The position numbers and the translations under genes are program-made. Positions 12,793-17,335 of a stretch of DNA of 17,335 nt are shown in pieces. Source of the stretch: a virus. Below the pieces are notes generated by a model that made no database searches, was not told the origin of the DNA, and saw only the letters and a program-made list of their open reading frames with translations. Position 1 is the stretch's first letter; every line of letters starts with the position of its first letter. The DNA lies in UHGV virus genome UHGV-1687067; one strand, written 5' to 3'.

Positions 12793-14281
12793 CAGAGAGG
12801 TTCTAAGGGGGTTGTGTGTTAAAGGTTGTGCTCCCAAAGACATATCAGCACCTTTGTTTTTTAGTTCCTACTTTTATAAGCAACAGGTTGGCAAGGACTT
12901 TTTGGTTGGGCGTCATCACAGAATAATTGCCGATACGCTACAACGAGTTATTAATGGTGAAATCACCAGGTTGATAATCAACATCCCACCGGGCTATGGC
13001 AAAACAATGATTGCCACAATTCACATGATGGCCCGCTGCCTCGCAATAGAACCCCGCACCAGATTCCTGCATGTATCGTATTCACACGGACTCGCCTTGC
13101 TTAATTCCTCAGAGACAAGAAACATAATCACGATGCCGCAATATCAGGAATTGTGGCCTATGCAAATGCGCAACGATTCGAACGCGAAAAACCTGTGGTG
13201 GACCACTCAGGGTGGCGGCGTGTATGCGACGTCATCGCTTGGACAGGTGACAGGGTTCCGCGCCGGGTACATGGAACCTGGGTTTAACGGCGCAATGATT
13301 ATTGATGACCCCCTGAAACCAGCTGACGCTTATTCTGATGTGGTGCGAAAGCAGGTTAATACCAATTACAACGACACGCTTTCTTCGCGCCTGGCTGTGC
13401 AAACAACGCCAGTGATCGTCATCATGCAGCGTATCCACTACGATGATTTATCCGGCTACCTGTTACGTGGCGGTAGTGGTGAGAAATGGCATCACCTTTG
13501 CCTGCCAGTGAAGATCGACAACAGTCTTGACTATTGGGATCTGTACCCGGAAAACAAATTCGCTATTCCTGTTCCTCACAACCTGCCGGATGGCTGGCTA
13601 TGGTTGCATAAGCATAGTGATAAAGATGAATCAACTCTTAAATCACATCGCCGAACATTCGAAGCTCAATATATGCAGTGTCCGCGCAAGTTCGATCAAG
13701 AGGGCGCATTGTGGACTGAAGCGATGATAACCGCCGCGCACAGGATGCAGATAACGCAGGAGAAAATTCGCACGGTGATAGCCATCGACCCGGCAACAAC
13801 ATCATCTGATGAGTCGGACGAAACCGGGATCGTGGCATGTTCCGCTTATGGTGGCGGCAAGTACGCTCAGTATTCTGTAGACGGTGACTACTCAGGCCGC
13901 ATGTCACCTAACGACTGGGCGCAAGCAGCAATGAACGCCTACAACATCCATGAAGCTGACGCGATGGTTATCGAAACCAACCAGGGTGGTGATATGGCAG
14001 AGGCCACACTACGCAATGCCGGATTCAAAGGCCGCATTGTTAAGGTACACGCAAGCAAAGGTAAATTCGCCCGTGCCGAACCAATATCTGCGCTATATGC
14101 ACAGGGAAGGGTGGCCCACACTGGTGAGTTGTACACGCTGGAAAATCAAATGATGGAATACGTGCCAGCCACCGCTAAAAAATCCCCTGACCGTATGGAC
14201 GCTATGGTATGGGGTATCACCGAATTAAGCCAACCACAGGCGATGGGCCTTATGTTACCTAAGCGTCTGCGCGGATTTTAA
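12767..14281 (+). CDS. Terminase large subunit
   Basis: 504 aa, AAGGAG upstream of ATG 12767; Walker A-like PPGYGKTM in N-terminal ATPase region; overlaps terS by 26 nt; followed by portal candidate. Confidence 0.8.
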   Translation: METATTKIDREVLRGLCVKGCAPKDISAPLFFSSYFYKQQVGKDFLVGRHHRIIADTLQRVINGEITRLIINIPPGYGKTMIATIHMMARCLAIEPRTRFLHVSYSHGLALLNSSETRNIITMPQYQELWPMQMRNDSNAKNLWWTTQGGGVYATSSLGQVTGFRAGYMEPGFNGAMIIDDPLKPADAYSDVVRKQVNTNYNDTLSSRLAVQTTPVIVIMQRIHYDDLSGYLLRGGSGEKWHHLCLPVKIDNSLDYWDLYPENKFAIPVPHNLPDGWLWLHKHSDKDESTLKSHRRTFEAQYMQCPRKFDQEGALWTEAMITAAHRMQITQEKIRTVIAIDPATTSSDESDETGIVACSAYGGGKYAQYSVDGDYSGRMSPNDWAQAAMNAYNIHEADAMVIETNQGGDMAEATLRNAGFKGRIVKVHASKGKFARAEPISALYAQGRVAHTGELYTLENQMMEYVPATAKKSPDRMDAMVWGITELSQPQAMGLMLPKRLRGF

Positions 14282-14285
14282 GTTA

Positions 14286-14299
14286 TTGATTATTATCAA
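14286..14299. promoter_or_regulatory. Inverted repeat TTGAT-TATT-ATCAA in the terL-portal intergenic gap
   Basis: 5-bp exact inverted arms with 4-bp spacer; differs from the GTGAT-N4-ATCAC sites by one base per half-site. Lies in an unusually long (148-bp) gap between terL and the portal gene. Confidence 0.2.
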
Positions 14300-14429
14300 C
14301 TTCGAAAAATTTCCGAAGATGAACAAGAATAATTCTCAATTGGCTACATAAAATCTGCCTCACAATCCCCCGCAAGTTTTTATATTTTTCGCGTAGCAAC
14401 GCGTAAACATGTATTCAGGAGTAAACATT

Positions 14430-15800
14430 ATGCCATCCAATTTAGAATTGGCGGTTAATGCTGCCTTGTCACAACGCCAGGCGGCCTTTGCCCGCTATGC
14501 AGCCGCTAACCCATTCTCAATGGGTATTGATGCAAAACGTGATGCTGCGTGGAGTGAATACGGATTCAAAGAAGAAATCACCTATGCCGATTTATACAAA
14601 CTGTATCGTCGCGGTGGTATCGCTCACGGTGCTATTGAGAAGATCATTACTACGTGCTGGCGCACCAGGCCAACGCTGATTGAAGGTACGGAAGACGAGA
14701 AAGCGGAAAAGGAAACTTCGTGGGAAAGAGAAATCAAAAAACGATTCGACAATAGATTCTGGCGCGTAATTGCTGAATGCGATCGCCGCCGCCTCATCGG
14801 TCGTTATGCTGGACTGTTAATTCACGTCAGGGATAACAAGCCGTGGGATCAGCCAGTAACAAAAGGCGTAGGCATTGCCAAATTTACCCCCGTATGGGCT
14901 GGTGCTCTTACACCGAAGGACTTCGAAGAAAACCCGGATAAAGAAAACTATGGCCTGCCTACATGGTGGGAATACAAGGAGCGCATTAACAGTAAGACCA
15001 TAGCAAGAAAGATACATCCAGATCGCATATTTATCTTCGGTGATTATTCTGATGATGCCATCGCTTTCCTTGAACCGTCCTATAACGCATTCGTTTCACT
15101 GGAGAAAGTGGAAGGCGGCAGCGGTGAATCATTCCTGAAAAACGCAGCACGTCAACTGGCTATCTCGTTCGATAAAGAAATTGATTTCCGTTCTCTGGCT
15201 GCAACATACGGTTGCGACGTTACAGAGCTACGCGAAAAATTCAATGAAGCGGCAGAGGATATAAATAAAGGTAATGATGTGATGATGGCATTACAGGGAG
15301 CTACCGTTAGCCCGCTGGTTACTGCCGTAGCAGATCCTTCCGCTACCTATGACGTCAACCTGCAAACCGCAGCCGCTGGTATCGATATTCCAACGCGTAT
15401 CCTGGTTGGGAATCAGCAGGGCGAACGCGCATCAACCGAAGACCTCCGCTACTTCAATAACCGCTGCATGACCCGCCGTGAGGAAATAGGAGGTGAGCTT
15501 GAGGAGCTATTCCGCAAGATGGCAGATCTCCGCCTTATCAGTATGCCAGTAGACGTATCTGTACTGTGGGACGACCTTAACGCCATGACAAAAGCAGAGC
15601 TACTCGACGCGGCATACAAAATGGCACAAATCAATCAGGCATGTCTCGCTACTGGTGAGGAAATATTCAGCGGTGACGAGATCCGCGAAGCTGCCGGATA
15701 CGATGGCCCGGCTAGTGAGGTAGAACTGGAAGAGGAAAACGATGATGAATGTGAAGAAGATAATCAGGCGAATACCTCCAGCCGCGATAATGCCATCTAA
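14430..15800 (+). CDS. Portal protein (putative)
   Basis: 456 aa from ATG 14430 (AGGAG 8 nt upstream; track start 14409 rejected); located directly after terL, acidic C-terminal tail (EVELEEENDDECEEDNQ). Assignment rests on synteny and size, not a named motif. Confidence 0.55.
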   Translation: MPSNLELAVNAALSQRQAAFARYAAANPFSMGIDAKRDAAWSEYGFKEEITYADLYKLYRRGGIAHGAIEKIITTCWRTRPTLIEGTEDEKAEKETSWEREIKKRFDNRFWRVIAECDRRRLIGRYAGLLIHVRDNKPWDQPVTKGVGIAKFTPVWAGALTPKDFEENPDKENYGLPTWWEYKERINSKTIARKIHPDRIFIFGDYSDDAIAFLEPSYNAFVSLEKVEGGSGESFLKNAARQLAISFDKEIDFRSLAATYGCDVTELREKFNEAAEDINKGNDVMMALQGATVSPLVTAVADPSATYDVNLQTAAAGIDIPTRILVGNQQGERASTEDLRYFNNRCMTRREEIGGELEELFRKMADLRLISMPVDVSVLWDDLNAMTKAELLDAAYKMAQINQACLATGEEIFSGDEIREAAGYDGPASEVELEEENDDECEEDNQANTSSRDNAI

Positions 15801-16686
15801 CACCGAAGACCCGACCATGACAGGGAAGTTAAGGTCTGGTGCTATTAAGCGTTTCAAATCCTGCCTGAAAAAAGTAGCCGATCCATATATCGCCATATTG
15901 GACAGAATCCAATATAGCCTGGCTGTTAATAAGAAATACACCTTTCAGATTTACATGGATGAATTTCACGACATGCTGGAGGACGCAAGCGACATGATTG
16001 ATGAGATATTCGAGTTAACAGACCCGGAAAACTTCTGGTTCTGGCAGAATTACGTGAAGGTGGCCTATCAGCGCGGCACGGCACAGGAATATGCCAACCT
16101 CGCTAACCAGTCTGTCACGTACTCAAGCGCCTACCCTGATGTATCTGCCGTGTTATCAAGCACAACTTACCGCACCCGCCTTGCCCTGGTACGTACCCGT
16201 GTATTTGAGGAAATGCGCGGGCTGACCGCACAGATCAAAAAGGATATGGCAAGAAGATTAACCGAAGGTATGGCACGCGGTTTAAATCCACTGGAAATAG
16301 CGCGCACATTGAATCAGGAGACGCGGTTACCGCTATACAGGTGCAAACGTATTGCCCGAACTGAAATATGCACAGCGTTACGCACAGCGCGTATGGATGA
16401 GGCAGAAGCGGCGACAGAAGAATTTAATCTGCGCACTATGCAAATGCACATTTCGGCATTATCACCGACTACCAGGCTATCGCACGCGCAGCGGCACGGT
16501 AAAACATACACCATAGATGAGCAGCGCGAATGGTGGAGTAGATCCCCTAATTCAATTAACTGCAAATGTAGCACGATTACCGTATTAGTTGACGAAGACG
16601 GTAACATATTAAACGAACGAATATTAGATCGGGCGCAAGAAAACTATAAAGTTGCGCACGCTAAATATGGCGAAGATTGGGAGTAA
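15742..16686 (+). CDS. Head morphogenesis/minor head protein (putative, Mu F / SPP1 gp7-like by position)
   Basis: 314 aa, ATG 15742 with GAGGAA upstream, overlapping the portal 3' end by 59 nt; position after portal is typical for this gene. Starts at 15790 or 15817 also possible. Confidence 0.4.
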   Translation: MMNVKKIIRRIPPAAIMPSNTEDPTMTGKLRSGAIKRFKSCLKKVADPYIAILDRIQYSLAVNKKYTFQIYMDEFHDMLEDASDMIDEIFELTDPENFWFWQNYVKVAYQRGTAQEYANLANQSVTYSSAYPDVSAVLSSTTYRTRLALVRTRVFEEMRGLTAQIKKDMARRLTEGMARGLNPLEIARTLNQETRLPLYRCKRIARTEICTALRTARMDEAEAATEEFNLRTMQMHISALSPTTRLSHAQRHGKTYTIDEQREWWSRSPNSINCKCSTITVLVDEDGNILNERILDRAQENYKVAHAKYGEDWE

Positions 16687-16691
16687 AAACC

Positions 16692-17335
16692 GTGAGTAAA
16701 GAATTAATTCAGGTTAATACCAAATTAACCGCTAATACCATACGCCGGGAAACGTATAACGGGCGGGAACATATTGTTGTTCCGTCCTACACGTTACCCT
16801 TTAACATCGTAATGAACCGGGAATATTACCCGGAAGCTGAAATTATCGCTAATTACCAGTCACTGGAGGGTACGCTTGCCCCGCTGGGCCATCCTACCGT
16901 TGACGGTAAATTTGTTTCAGCATTTAGCCCGGAAGGATTAAACACGGGTTTTTGTGGTGCGTGGAACAGAAACGTTGAGTTACGCGGCAACCGTGTTTAT
17001 GTGGAAAAATGGGTGGATGTGGAAACCGCCAGCCATTCAAGCCAGGGCCGCGAATTATTAGCCCGACTGGAAGCACTGGAGAAAGGAGAAAGCAAAGATC
17101 CTATCTGGTCGTCCGTCGCTGTATATCGCCAGCGTATGCCAGCCACCGAAAAAATGAAAGCCCAGGGTGCTGACCATGTAGTGAAAATCATGTCGATCGA
17201 CCATGACGCTATCTTGCTGCATGAGCCGCCAGCCGCTTCGCCGGAACAGGGCGTAGGCTTAATGGTTAATACCGACCAGGCGAAGCCGTTAATGGCGGGG
17301 GGCATGAAAGAAAAAAGCTATTCCCTGTTCAGCGA
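16692..17335 (+). CDS. Head assembly protein (scaffold or prohead protease-like), 3'-truncated by window edge
   Basis: Open frame from GTG 16692 (GGAG about 9 nt upstream) to window end (214 codons, no stop): VSKELIQVNTKLTANTIRRETYNGREHIVVPSY... Absent from track because it has no stop. Function inferred from position only. Confidence 0.35.
   Translation, partial: MSKELIQVNTKLTANTIRRETYNGREHIVVPSYTLPFNIVMNREYYPEAEIIANYQSLEGTLAPLGHPTVDGKFVSAFSPEGLNTGFCGAWNRNVELRGNRVYVEKWVDVETASHSSQGRELLARLEALEKGESKDPIWSSVAVYRQRMPATEKMKAQGADHVVKIMSIDHDAILLHEPPAASPEQGVGLMVNTDQAKPLMAGGMKEKSYSLFS

Noticed and set aside
1488-14429. Long N-terminal extensions in the ORF track from GTG/TTG starts (1488, 3672, 3910, 4227, 5020, 6455, 6926, 7761, 8810, 14409)
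   Set aside because: The track reports the longest ORF; in each case an internal ATG with an SD-like sequence sits at or just after the upstream gene's stop and matches homolog N-termini where known (e.g. NinG). The extensions would overlap upstream genes by tens of nucleotides.
884-14679. Alternative-frame + strand ORFs overlapping real genes (884..1102, 3043..3336, 5054..5266, 7365..7577, 13527..13727, 13950..14153, 14458..14679)
   Set aside because: They are fully contained within longer ORFs that have clear homology (methyltransferase, Q, terL, portal) or better coupling; compositions such as the Arg-rich 7365..7577 look like frame artefacts. The embedded Rz1 frame is the only overlap accepted, because of its lipobox and classic architecture.
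656-17305. All minus-strand ORFs in the track (e.g. 3856..4173, 6500..6823, 8849..9199, 15600..15941, 16997..17305)
   Set aside because: Each lies antisense inside a well-supported + strand gene of a compact unidirectional operon; none has a recognisable motif or a convincing SD/start context, and several are Ser/Arg/Cys-rich as expected of out-of-frame translations.
1-17335. CRISPR array, tRNA/rRNA genes, integrase/att sites, IS elements
   Set aside because: No regularly spaced direct repeats, no cloverleaf-like tRNA candidate noted in the intergenic gaps, and no recombinase- or transposase-like ORF; the window appears to lie entirely within the phage nin-to-head region.

Overview
This window reads as a lambdoid (lambda/P21-like) enterobacterial phage or prophage segment, with every supported gene on the + strand. 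All calls come from reading the sequence and the supplied ORF track; similarities are recalled from memory, not searched. Order: a 5'-truncated membrane protein; a nin-type region (C5 DNA methyltransferase, small Cys-rich protein, NinG, RusA, antiterminator Q); about 6 kb of roughly 30 tightly coupled small genes between Q and the lysis genes; a lysis cassette (pinholin, SAR endolysin, Rz/Rz1); an HExxH protein; nine tandem micro-ORFs (20-34 aa) encoding hydrophobic peptides; then terminase small and large subunits, putative portal, head-morphogenesis protein and a 3'-truncated head gene. The strongest candidates for something undescribed are the micro-ORF array (absent from the ORF track) and the large small-gene island with an internal tandem paralog family. 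Other points: a T8G8 homopolymer inside the methyltransferase, a recurring GTGAT-N4-ATCAC inverted repeat at two intergenic sites, and a Q with four CxxCxGxG repeats. No tRNA, rRNA, CRISPR array, integrase or transposase was seen.
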